Assembly: GCF_001194135.2 (NCBI RefSeq)
Contig: NC_068990.1
Location: 91,757,674 to 91,821,673 of the forward strand
Reading direction: 5' to 3'
DNA: 64,000 bases
Source: Octopus bimaculoides
Lineage: Eukaryota
The stretch's first letter is position 1; every line of letters starts with the position of its first letter. The translations under genes were made by a program, and so were the position numbers. Under the pieces are notes generated by a model that did no database searches, was not told where the DNA came from, and worked only from the letters and a program-made list of their open reading frames with translations. Shown piece after piece: positions 52,465 through 64,000 of the stretch.

Positions 52465-52886
52465 TCAGCAGCAGCAGCAGCAGCAGGAATGTCACTGATG
52501 TTCATTAGTATCGCCCTCTCCCCGGGGCACCCGTTAGCTCCTCTTTTGTCCTTTCAACAACCGGTTGAAGCAGGATAAGAAGAAGAAGAAGAAGAAGAAG
52601 AAAGGTAGATTAGAGGAAATATACCAAGTAAGGAATGAAGGAACTGCAACAACGATCGATGAAGTAAATCAGAAAAGAAAGGAGAAAACAACGAAAATCA
52701 GAAAATACGTTGAAAGAAATCAATAAAGAAAAATTCGTTTATTTCAATCAAGCCAGAAACACAGAATTGATATTTTGGAAAGAAAAATGAGAAATGATAG
52801 CATAAGACCATCTACAAAAGAAGGTAAGTTGTTTGGAGAGAAATTTGATGCAGGGGAACGGAAGTGCCAAATTCTTAATAATACAG

Positions 52887-53089
52887 CCTTTTCTACTCTA
52901 AGCACAAGGCCTGAAATTTTGGGGGAGGGGGCCAGTCGATTAGATCGACCCCACTCCGCAACTTTTCGACCCCGTAAAGATGAAAGGAAAAGTCGACCTC
53001 GGCGGAATTTGAACTCAGAACGTAAAAACAGGCGAAATACCGGTAAGCGTTTCGCCCGGCATGCTAACGTTTCCCCCAACTCGCTGCCT
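52887..53089 (-). mobile_element. SINE family A
   Basis: AAAGTCGACCTCGGCGGAATTTGAACTCAGAACG..TTTCGCCCGGC.TGCTAACGTTTC..CCA.CTCGC.GCC. Confidence 0.87.
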
Positions 53090-53189
53090 TTCACTTAATA
53101 ATAGATCACACGATAATAAATCATGTGGAAAATTACACAGAAAATGTTGAGGTGTGGAAAGATATAGTGTCCACATGAAAGGAAATATT

Positions 53190-54050
53190 CAAAAGTAATT
53201 GAGAAAGAAGATAGGAAAGCTGTAGGACTAGGCTTGGTTCATGGCTAATTTGTTAAAAGATTTACAAGCCTCACTGAAGCTCTGGAGGTAAAAGTAAATG
53301 AATGCATATCAAAGAGGGATGTACCAATGAGGCTCACGAAAGGAAGGACCTACCTAATACTATACAGACAAATTGAAAGAAAACGCTGACTCAAATGAAC
53401 GACTAATTACGTGTCTACTAATTATATGGAAACTGCTATCAGGGATAATCGCAGAAGAGATATATTAACACTTATACGAGAAACAATAAAAGAAGCTAAT
53501 GAGTATAAATACCGTCGTGTACAGAGCAGAGGAATGGAAGACCGGTTGAATATTAGCAAAATGGTCTTCAGATATTGCAGAAATAAGTTGACAAATTTAT
53601 ACATCGCGATGTTCGATTATTGTAAATCATGATTTTGTCACAGTTGTAGATCAAGTGGAAGCCTGAATTCAAGATTAAGAAGATTAAGCGTCTTTTGGAG
53701 AATACAATGCGTCACTGGAGAACATCAGGGAGTGAAAGGTTAACGTAGAGATCAGAAGAGGAATCTTTCAAGGTGATTGCTTTTCTGGCATCATGTTTGT
53801 AATTAACAAAGTTAAGGAAGGGCACTCTTTGGGAAAGATTGGGGGAAAAGTGAATCATTGTCTATTTCTGGACAATTTAAAGCTCCATGGCAAAGACAAG
53901 AACCAAGTGGATTCTTCAGTGCAAACTGTTCGAATATGTAGAAATGATTTGGGGGGGGACCTATTAAATATATCTGCCTAATGATGAGAATATGAAATCA
54001 TTGAAAGCAGAAGGTGCGCAAATAACTGGAAAGTGTAAAAAATGAAACAA
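53190..54050 (+). mobile_element. Decayed R4/Dong-like reverse transcriptase domain
   Basis: LTKGRTYLI, RLITCLLIIWKLL, VEIRRGIFQGDCFSGIMFV and VNHCLFLDNLKLHGK (compare RPITCL, RGIFQGDSLSP, NHLLFMDDLKLY). Confidence 0.85.
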
Positions 54051-54337
54051 TCAAAAGGTAGAGAAAGGAGAGGCTCCCGTGTGTGTGTCTGTGTGTGAAC
54101 CGTGCCTGTGCGGATGTGCGTATATTGTAAACTAAGCGTATGTTTGTTCAGCGAATGACATGTGTCCTATACGTTTCGCATCATAATTCTTTTCGCACTA
54201 TTAACTCGCACTATTTTTCTGCACTACTTCCGCCATCAGAATGATGACGCCTTATTGGGTTTGACTGAAGAAGCGACTGCCCGCTGTGAAAACTCCAGAG
54301 TAACAAACGACTGAAGTGGCCATAATGAAGTGTGTGT

Positions 54338-54381
<44 letters not shown>

Positions 54382-54475
54382 GTGTGTGCGTCTGTGTGTG
54401 TATGTGTGCGCGCGCTTATGTATGTATGCTTGCATATATGTATATATACATGCACACACACACACGTACACACAC

Positions 54476-54512
<37 letters not shown>

Positions 54513-54617
54513 TATATTGTGAATCCAAACAAAGAAGAACAAACAAGAAAAAGCAACAACGCGAGGACGTGGTACAAGTACTGTATTATGGGACACCCAG
54601 GAAAGGAAAGAAAGAGG

Positions 54618-54652
54618 ATTTAACGTTTCAAGCCTTGCTCTTCTTCAGAAAT
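54618..54652 (-). ncRNA. Minimal type I hammerhead ribozyme motif, unrelated to SINE D (probable Penelope-like terminal repeat)
   Basis: Minus strand: ATTT-CTGAAGA-A-GAGC(AAG)GCTT-GAA-ACGT-T-AAAT. Complete core, 4-bp stem I, 4-bp stem II, palindromic stem III. Confidence 0.7.
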
Positions 54653-55209
54653 AGAGGAAAGTCCAGAAGAAGGGAAGACGGAAGAAGAAAATCGCCAACG
54701 ATACACACGTGGTTACATTTTGATACATATACATGCATGCGTAAACGCACACACACATACTTAAATTGTTAAAAAAATCGATAATAGGGTCCATCCAATG
54801 GATCTTTCTATCTACTACATATTACAAATATTTTATTTAAACCCAAGGGAAATAACCCATAACACCTGCAGTTTTTAGCGAAGCTATCAATATTTGATTC
54901 TCACGATCAGCCGATCTAATTCTACATTTCACTACTCACAGTTTTGAACTGCTGAACATTATTATTGCATTTCCTTAATTTGAATCTCTTCATTCATATA
55001 TTTCTATATATACTTACTTTTTTGAATACTCATTACTCCGATAATTCTGCATTTTTACAGTTACACTTTCTCCATGACAGTAGATAAATTTTTTTCCACA
55101 ACGAATTTGTAGTGGCTTCATGCAGGCATAGTGTGGATTCGATCCTCGATTGCCAAATTTCACTTAACACTTCAACAGCGCTTTCTCTCGGTAAAACAAT
55201 AGTTTTTCT

Positions 55210-55434
55210 ATGAACGACAACCTCTCTCGCCAACCTCCAAAAACCTCTCTCAACAACCTCCGGTAACCTCTCTTGTCAACCTTCGACAACCTCTCTTCTC
55301 TAGCTGATAGTTTTCGTACTTTTTCGTGACGGAAAATACACCTTCTCTAGCAGTTATAACGAAATTACCTTCTTATATCAGAGTAATAAGGTATTTCAAC
55401 ATAACCCCCGGGAATTACCGGATACAACAGCTAG
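55210..55434 (+). mobile_element. Non-autonomous Helitron-like 3' end with internal ~23-bp degenerate tandem repeat
   Basis: CCGG-GAATTA-CCGG hairpin 9 nt before CTAG (55431-55434), followed by T; four AACCTCTCT..CAACCT units at about 55217-55300. Confidence 0.65.
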
Positions 55435-55632
55435 TATATATATNNNNNNNNNNNNNNNNNNNNNNNNNNNNNNNNNNNNNNNNNNNNNNNNNNNNNNNNN
55501 NNNNNNNNNNNNNNNNNNNNNNNNNNNNNNNNNNNNNNNNNNNNNNNNNNNNNNNNNNNNNNNNNNNNNNNNNNNNNNNNNNNNNNNNNNNNNNNNNNNN
55601 NNATATAAGCAAGAAATGTATTTTATTATAAA

Positions 55633-55900
55633 ATGCAGATAACAAATGACAAAAGTGCAAATATTGTTATATCAGACTTTTTAATTGCACCAAACGCAAG
55701 TGAGACGCGTGCTGTTATGAAGAGGATAGAACATCGATTGGCTACGATGCAAAGGGATATAGAAAGAACCATACTTGGCATATTATTACGACAGCATATT
55801 CGAAATGAGAAAATCAACGGAGCGGATCAAACGAGGTGATGGCAGAGTTCCAAACCATAACCTAGAGATGTTTAAAGCGAGTAATTCAGTTCTCTGATCT
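55633..55900 (+). mobile_element. RTE-like LINE C-terminal remnant
   Basis: ASETRAVMKRIEHRLATMQRDIERTILGILLRQHIRNEKI (compare ASETWxxTKxxExRLxxxQRxMERxILGIxxxDxIRNExIR). Confidence 0.75.
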
Positions 55901-56330
55901 TTTGTAGTTATGGCGTCCTCAGAAAGGCATTGTCGGCGCCCAACTACAAGGACTTCAGAATGACTAAATAATGTGGTTATTGGTCTAAAAAAAAGTAATT
56001 GATATTTTGCAGTTTAGTACCTGTTCTTCATTCAGAATAGAGCCATGGGAAATTTTCCAGTGTCGTTAGTTATTACTCAATCAGCGAATTATTTTCACAC
56101 GAAAAATATATTGTCTTAGTGGTTCCTGTACCTTCGTAGCTGTGACTTCGTAGCTGTTTTTGTTGAGCATGGGATATTAAGTACACACACACACACACAC
56201 ACACATTATATGATTATAATCCTCTATCCCTTTATTCCTTTATTCGTTTCAGCCATGCGGCTGCGGTCATGTGAATATATATATATCGTCAAAACTCTCA
56301 CACTGCTTGACCAATGTGTATGTATGTATG

Positions 56331-56388
<58 letters not shown>

Positions 56389-57930
56389 CATATATATATA
56401 TATACATANNNNNNNNNNNNNNNNNNNNNNNNNNNNNNNNNNNNNNNNNNNNNNNNNNNNNNNNNNNNNNNNNNNNNNNNNNNNNNNNNNNNNNNNNNNN
56501 NNNNNNNNNNNNNNNNNNNNNNNNNNNNNNNNNNNNNNNNNNNNNNNNNNNNNNNNNNNNNNNNNNNNNNNNNNNNNNNNNNNNNNNNNNNNNNNNNNNN
56601 NNNNNNNNNNNNNNNNNNNNNNNNNNNNNNNNNNNNNNNNNNNNNNNNNNNNNNNNNNNNNNNNNNNNNNNNNNNNNNNNNNNNNNNNNNNNNNNNNNNN
56701 NNNNNNNNNNNNNNNNNNNNNNNNNNNNNNNNNNNNNNNNNNNNNNNNNNNNNNNNNNNNNNNNNNNNNNNNNNNNNNNNNNNNNNNNNNNNNNNNNNNN
56801 NNNNNNNNNNNNNNNNNNNNNNNNNNNNNNNNNNNNNNNNNNNNNNNNNNNNNNNNNNNNNNNNNNNNNNNNNNNNNNNNNNNNNNNNNNNNNNNNNNNN
56901 NNNNNNNNNNNNNNNNNNNNNNNNNNNNNNNNNNNNNNNNNNNNNNNNNNNNNNNNNNNNNNNNNNNNNNNNNNNNNNNNNNNNNNNNNNNNNNNNNNNN
57001 NNNNNNNNNNNNNNNNNNNNNNNNNNNNNNNNNNNNNNNNNNNNNNNNNNNNNNNNNNNNNNNNNNNNNNNNNNNNNNNNNNTATATATATATATATATA
57101 TATATAACTATATAAGGATATATATATATATATATATATACAGGGATATGTATGCATGTATGTGCTTAGTATGTTATATGTGCGCATGTGTCAATGTTTT
57201 GCGCCCTCCCCCTCTTCAGCGAAACATAATGAATAAACAATAATAAAAAAGAGCAAAAATTATAATAAGTTATAATACAATAAAATAATAATTGAGAAAA
57301 AATATTACGTAAATACTTTTGGTTTATATTAGTTACATTACAATTAAATAGAAAACTAGATTGTCTCGAATCTACAAATGTCTGTGTAAACAATAAATAT
57401 GTTTAAGTTATGAGACGTAAATTAAGATTAATTTTTAAAAAAATAAGATAGCTATCAAATATGGCAATGAAGAATTTTGAAACGAGGAGATATATGCAGC
57501 GGTAGAAACAATACAACGAGTTTGTTTACAGAAATATTGATTCTGGAACAAACACAAAAAGAGATCTGTCTGAGTTTGAAACAGCGGTAACAGTGTCAAT
57601 ATTTACGAATTACAGACTCCGTCTACATTGCTACTGCGAGTGAAAGGAGGAGGTCAATCAATGAATTTAAGGTGTTGATTTACAATAAATATTATTAAAA
57701 CAATACACTCACACACACACACACACACATGCTCTCACAATTACGCGCGCAAGCGCTTTCACACACATTGTAACTTCCCCGAAGAACTGTGTCGCCACCG
57801 TCAAAACTCTCACACTGCTTGACCAATGTGTATGTATGTATGTATGTGTATATGTATATTATTATTATTATTTCAGAGAGTATGGCTCTGGCCCACCCAA
57901 TCACCTGATTTGGACTCTATTACAAACTCT

Positions 57931-57973
57931 GGGGGCGCAATGGCCCAGTGGTTAGGGCAGCGGACTCGCGGTC
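57931..57973 (+). mobile_element. SINE family B, head-only fragment
   Basis: GGGGGCGCAATGGCCCAGTGGTTAGGGCAGCGGACTCGCGGTC, then similarity stops. Confidence 0.8.
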
Positions 57974-59037
57974 ATTGGTGATGCTTATGTATGTAGTATT
58001 CATCGTTAGGGGTCATCACTAATGATATTTGTACAGCGAGGGACGTAACCAGATGAACCACTAAAACAACGGTCTCTGATTTAAGACCAAGACCAGCAAA
58101 TTTAAGAGGAGAGGAGTCTGTCGATACCATCGACCTCAGTACTTGACTGGAACTTTGTTTTATCGACCCCTGAAGGAGGAAAGGTCATTTGACCTCCCCG
58201 TTGAAAAAAATAAAAAATCTAAAATTAAATTGGGAAAAATACAAACTGAAATTGTGAATATGAATTATTTAAAAATCGAAACCTAAATGTAAACGTATGG
58301 AGGTGAAGGAGTGTTTCGTGCCTTCTAATTTAATTTCAGTCGTTCAGTGCAGTTTGAAAGACGGAGAAGAGACAAAATTGGGGCTTTTATAATAAGACTT
58401 CGAATAAATAAGTAAAATAGCTTTTCAGAAAGCAGCCAATAAAAATATAAATATTGTATTGTGCGAACGTGATGATTTATTTTCATATTAAAATTTTATG
58501 TAAAAAAATGTATGTGAATTTTGATGAACGCTGAGAACAGTGTTTGTTCCTTGTCTCACTGGCGATTAATAACTTTCCGTATTTTTCTTCATTTATATCT
58601 TTCTATATTTTAATCACAACTGTCTTTAATTCAGTGATTCTTCCGCCTTAATTTAATCTTCAAATCTGCACCAGAGTTTGTAATAGAGTCCAAATCAGGT
58701 GATTGGGTGGGCCAGAGCCATACTCGCTGAAATAATAATAATAATAATAGAGTGTGAAATAATAATTTTGAGTTAAACGATGTACGCTTGGGGTCATTAT
58801 ATTGATGGAATTTAAACGTCCTTAACTTAAACTTTGTTAATTTTAAAAGAAGCAATGACCAGGTTTTAAATTTGCAATTCTCTCCTCCGCATCTAAGTTC
58901 TTTCATCACTTTTGTAAAATGAAAAATTCATTCCATCGCTACATACAACATACTTCTAGTATCAGAAATGTAACGAAGAAAAGCAAAAAATAAAAGGTAA
59001 CAAAGGAGAAGCAAGTTTTAACAAATTAGTTGTATTA

Positions 59038-59306
59038 CATTATTTACATTATTTACATTTGACGGATATTTGTCCTCATCTTGTTTGTTGTTAACACAAC
59101 ATTTCGGCTGATATACCCTCCAGCCTTCATCATGTGTCTTGGGGAAATTTCGAACCTGAGTTCTCATTCCTGAGGTATTTTTCGATGTTATTATTATTCA
59201 GGCCACTGCTTGGAATCGAACTCGGAATCTTGGCATATGGTGTAGTGGTTAAGAGCGCAGGCCACTAACCCCAAAATTCCGAGTTCGATTCCAGGCAGTG
59301 ACCTGG

Positions 59307-59348
<42 letters not shown>

Positions 59349-59520
59349 TAAAAAATACCTTAGGAATGAGAACCCGGGATCGAAATTTCCCCAAGACACC
59401 TGATGAAGGCTGGAGGGTATATCAGCCGAAACGTTGTGTTAACAACAAACAAGATGAGGACAAATATCCGTCAAATGTAAATAATGTACATAATCCCTCA
59501 TTTCTTAGATATAGAACTGT
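59038..59520 (+). mobile_element. SINE D head-to-head inverted dimer with 13-bp TSD
   Basis: ATTAGTTGTATTA at 59025-59037 and 59521-59533. The minus arm spans 59038-59233 and the plus arm 59232-59520, sharing a GG microhomology. Confidence 0.9.
59395..59440 (+). ncRNA. Intact minimal type I hammerhead ribozyme motif in SINE D
   Basis: GACAC-CTGATGA-A-GGCTG(GAGGGTATAT)CAGCC-GAA-ACGT-T-GTGTT: 5-bp stem I, 5-bp stem II, predicted cleavage after GUU (59435). Confidence 0.8.
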
Positions 59521-60743
59521 ATTAGTTGTATTAGTTTAACGCTTAAAAGAAGGGTAGGTGGTGGAAGAATCCTAACGTTTCGGACGTTAGTCTTTCATTG
59601 GGAGAAAAACAAAGGAGAAATGAGAAAAAGAGAAATGGTTGAGAATGAAAGGAAAAAGCAGACTAGAAGTTAAGAACCAGATGGGAAAGCGGTTCTAAGG
59701 GAGAGTTGAGAAGGGAAGAGGGGACGGGGCTGCACGCATAAGAGTATGTCCGTGTTTTGAAATAGGGATAGAATGAGAGGAATTGTTGCGTGCGTGCCTT
59801 TTGGTGGGAGAGATGTATGAATGTAGAAGTGTACAGTATCTATCTGTCAACCATTTTTAATTTTTATAGGAATTAAGTTTTCATAAGAAAATAAGCTATA
59901 AAACCATATTCATTCAATATGTCAGTTATGGCTTATTCAGTAACATGTTTTTGTATAAAAGTGTAAATGTACAATATTTCATTTAGGATTATTTTTTATA
60001 ATTCTCAGTAAAACTGAATTATCACTACGGAAAATAGTAATATCACTGTAGGATAATTTAAAGGTCGTCTAGAACAGAAACTTAACATAATGCAAGTATG
60101 TGTATATTTTTAAAACCTTAACCATGTTCATATTAATTGTGGCTATAGGAATGTTTGTTGTCAGTAATTTAAGGTTCATACCGGCATTTCTACACCAGAT
60201 CCACCTGGATTATTAAATTTAGACTGTTGCTTATATATAAATAATAATTTTTCTTACGTTTTTCCTTTCTGACAAAAATAGAAAGAAAAAAAACCTTTTT
60301 AATATACGAAAAATTTTAATATATTTTGGATTTTTATTTGAAAACAATTTCCTCCAGAAGCTGAAAGAAATTCATAAATTTTCATTCAGTTTGCTTCTCT
60401 TTTTTTTTTTTCTCTTTTTAGTCTTCTCTTATTTAATGCAAATAACAGAAGTGGACTTTGTCGCATTGAAGATGAAATGACGGTATGTTGGTATGATTAT
60501 CTCAAATATACGTCTAAAGAGAAAATGTCGCCAAAAGACATCGAACTCAGGTTTGTCATTGATAACTATGCTTCATTTATTGGAAAAAGAAGGAAGCACT
60601 TCATAAGCTTATGATGTTTAAAATGAAATCTATTTATAGGCAAGTATATATAAATATATATTCTTAATAAAACTTCTTTTAAAACTTCATACACAAAATG
60701 CGCCAAGATGTTTTTTTTATTTATTTGTTCAAAAAAATAATAA

Positions 60744-61214
60744 TGGTTCTTTATTGTTTTGGTACGAGGCCAGCAATTTTGAGAGGGAAAAACAAGTTGA
60801 TTACTGCGACCCCCCACTGCTACGAACTTTATATTATCGACTCCGAAAGGATGAAGAGCAAAATTGACCTCGATGCGAATTAAATTCTGATCGTAATGAG
60901 ACGGATCAAATTCTGCAAAGCATTGTGTTCGACGCGCTAACGATCTCGCCAGGTCACCACCTTAACAAGAACAACAACAATAATAATGGTTTCAAATTTC
61001 GGCACAAGGCCTGAAATTTGGTGAGAGGCGACTAATCGATAACATTGATCCCAGTGTTTCACTTGGTACTTAATTTCTCAACTCTGAAAGGATGAAAGGC
61101 AAAGTCGATCTCTGCGGAATTTGAACTCAGAACATAAAGACAGACGAAATACCGCTAAGTATTTCGCCCGGCGTGCTAACGATTCGGCCTGCTCGCTGCC
61201 TCAATAATAATAAC

Positions 61215-61256
<42 letters not shown>

Positions 61257-61467
61257 CCTTTCTACCAAAGGCACGAGGCCTGAAATTTCTGGGGAGGGAA
61301 CTAATCGGATTACATCGACCACAGCGTTTCACTGGTACTTAACTTATCGACCCCCGAAAGGATGAAAGGCAAAGTCGACCTCGGTGGAATTTGAACTCAG
61401 AACGTAGCGATGAGCGAAATGCCGTTAAGCATTTCGTCCAGCGTGCTAACGATTCCGCCAGCTCACC
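60744..61467 (-). mobile_element. Three tandem SINE family A copies separated by (AAC/AAT)n tracts
   Basis: Copies at about 60744-60961, 60988-61201 and 61257-61467, all on the minus strand and progressively closer to consensus. Confidence 0.88.
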
Positions 61468-61489
61468 AATAATACACAAATTTATCTTC

Positions 61490-61680
61490 CCCCTTGCCTG
61501 ACAATCAGTATTGGTTTGCCTACGTTTGCGTAACTTAGCCGTCCAGCAAAAGAAACTAATAAACAATAAGTGCCATGCTTAAATAAGTAGCGGGCGTAGA
61601 TTTGTTCGGCTGACCCTACAAGGTAGTGCTCCAGCATGGCTACAATCAGATGACTGACACAAGTAAAAAAGCAAAAAACT
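61490..61680 (+). mobile_element. SINE family C, degenerate 3' half
   Basis: CGTAACTTAGC.GT.C.GCAAAAGA.AC..GTGCTCCAGCATGGC..CA.TC..ATGACTGA.ACAAGTAAAA. Confidence 0.7.
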
Positions 61681-62994
61681 AACATAAATTATTTCAATCA
61701 AACCAGAATCTTGGTTTTGACCAGAGCTTTATACACAATACCAGTAATCGGATTGTCCGCCTCGTCTATCTGGTCGTTCTTTCTGTTTGGGTATTTGGCA
61801 CGGACTAGAGTTTTGAGATCGAGTTTTACAGAAATTACCAAAGGATATATAATTAACAAAATTATATTAGATCTTGACACATCATCGCTCATGTCTCAGC
61901 TGTTAATACACTGCTCCACTTACGTTTTTACTCCATCAAAGATTTTTATTTAATTTATTTATGTATTAATTCTTCCTGTTTTTATATATGTTTTTATTTA
62001 TTTATTGGTACGTTTTTTTTTTGTTTTGTTTTTTGTTTTTTTTTATAAGTACTGTACCTAGTTGAAATATTTTATTTCTAAGATAAAAATCCCGGTTTCT
62101 CTAAACGCCCAACGTCTCTCCCCGCCACCAACGCTCGTCGTTAGCATTCACCGCGTACTTGTCAGAGATTAAAACGTCCCCAAGGATACGTTAGCGCTCA
62201 GGTTAAAAACCGATGGGTTTTATATAAGCTTGTAAGCAAGTCCGTTCGGGTACAATCTACCCAGCTAAACCACCACCCTACCTGTGACCGATTGTTATGT
62301 ATGGAGATGGAAAGAGAAAGAAGGAGAGGGAAAAAGGCAGACGGATGGAAAACGAAAGCTTATAATCTTTGTTTTATGTCATGTTATTTGAGAATGACAT
62401 AACAAGGTATCGTGTTTACCAATTCCATTAATCTATAACCGACTACACCCCCTTTCCGAGGCTACCAACCACCTCCACCATCGTCTTCCTCCGTGCAACA
62501 TCACCACCACCGCCACCATCCATTTATCCACCAACCAAAACGTCAAAAATTTCATTTAAAATTAATTAATTAACGTCACTAATTAACACCACGTGTCATT
62601 CAAAAATATTTTTCGAAAAAGGACGGCGACCAGTAAACAAGTATAATCGGGTGTGTTGTGTATATCGAATTAATAATTTACTAATTAGGATCCTTGACTA
62701 ATTATAATTTGACTTTTAGAATTAAGCTTTAATTGGTTTTTCATTAAGTGTTGTCACCGCAATCTTTCGAACTGTGTCCAGTGAGACTGTGTGATTTGGT
62801 GATGTTCATGCCCTTCCAAAGAAATAGTAACGTTTTGAACTTGATTGAAGGGATGAGACAGACATTTTGATTACATTTCATTTCGAACTGGAATCGAAAC
62901 CGAATTGCCAATTTTATTTGTCCCCTGCAGAAATTTATTTTCAAATTATAGAATAGTAAATAGTATTTTTTTTTTTTTTTTTTTTTTTTTGAAA

Positions 62995-63112
62995 TTTTAG
63001 CAGTCTGGTACTTTATTTTATCGACTCCGGAGGAACGAAAGGGGAAATTAACTTCAGTGTGGTTTGAACTCAGAACGTAAAGAGCCGGAACAAACGACAC
63101 AAGGCATTCAGT
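62995..63112 (-). mobile_element. SINE family A fragment
   Basis: CTGGTACTTTATTTTATCGAC..GA.G.A.GAAAGG..AAA..TTTGAACTCAGAACGTAAAG. Confidence 0.65.
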
Positions 63113-63245
63113 TTTAGGTTAGCACTTTTTTTTTTAGTAGTAGTAGTAGTAGTAGTTGCAATTATTGTTGTTGTTTTTGTTGCAATATAACTTCTAGCAA
63201 AGGATACAGCCTAGCGCTTGTACTTGTTTTAATAAATGTTACTTC

Positions 63246-63281
<36 letters not shown>

Positions 63282-63731
63282 AGTAACATCAACATATACA
63301 CCAGCAATAACACCTACAACACAACGTCCTCTTGTTTGAAGTAAATTAAGTTCTTGTAGTGTCTTAGTACAATTGTTGCACTAAAGACCGGCGTTTATAT
63401 TTGTTCGTGTATATATTTTATTATTTTCAAATAAATTGAATTTCTTTGAAATCAAAATCTTCCTTAATTAGGTATCAGAGATAGGGTTCGGGTAAGGCTG
63501 GGAGAATAAATATATTTCTTCTGGGATTATGTGAAGGAAATGTTGCGAGTGAGAGGTGTGAGTCACCAGAATTAACCACCAGAGAGCGGTTGTACTGGCA
63601 ATAAAACTGCCAGAGATGACTATCACATGTAAAAAAATGTACATACATAAATAATAACGTTTGTTGGGCACATAATACACTATACATTTCTGTTGTATAT
63701 TATAATGTGTATAATAATAATGATGATGATG

Positions 63732-63773
<42 letters not shown>

Positions 63774-63929
63774 TGGCATGTATATACACTCCATATAACT
63801 TGTAACTTAATGAAAAAGAAAAAGGAGTTAGCATGTGCGTGTGCGTGTACCTGTATACATGATGTGTGTGTATAGATGTAGGCACGTACACAAGCATGTA
63901 TCTTATAGCTGTAAACATGTATATATATA

Positions 63930-64000
<71 letters not shown>

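Noticed and set aside
57188-57225. Minus-strand CTGAAGAG..CAAAACATTG as a CpG-decayed hammerhead
   Set aside because: GAAA is lost and stems I and II do not pair convincingly.

Overview
Eukaryotic, AT-rich, microsatellite-saturated draft-assembly sequence with 15 N-gaps. The repeat landscape points to an octopus (cephalopod) genome; that is inference, not a database result. I cannot support any intact host protein-coding gene: almost all long ORFs in the track are artefacts of N-runs or simple repeats. The window is a retroelement graveyard. It holds four tRNA-derived SINE families (my labels A-D), about seven decayed R4/Dong-like or other RLE-type non-LTR fragments, RTE-like fragments, a zinc-knuckle ORF1 remnant, a Penelope-like GIY-YIG remnant, a Tc1/mariner remnant, two Helitron 3' ends, a probable solo LTR and a foldback element. 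Three signals stand out. (1) SINE family D has a tRNA-like head, an (AAT)n spacer and a minimal type I hammerhead ribozyme; two insertions are head-to-head inverted units with 12-13 bp TSDs and an identical breakpoint, which resembles Penelope-like element insertions. (2) A near-full-length U2 snRNA copy is joined by only 6 nt to a full-length U6 snRNA copy. (3) There are about ten intact or decayed hammerhead motifs from several unrelated repeats. All alignments were done by eye against remembered consensus motifs.
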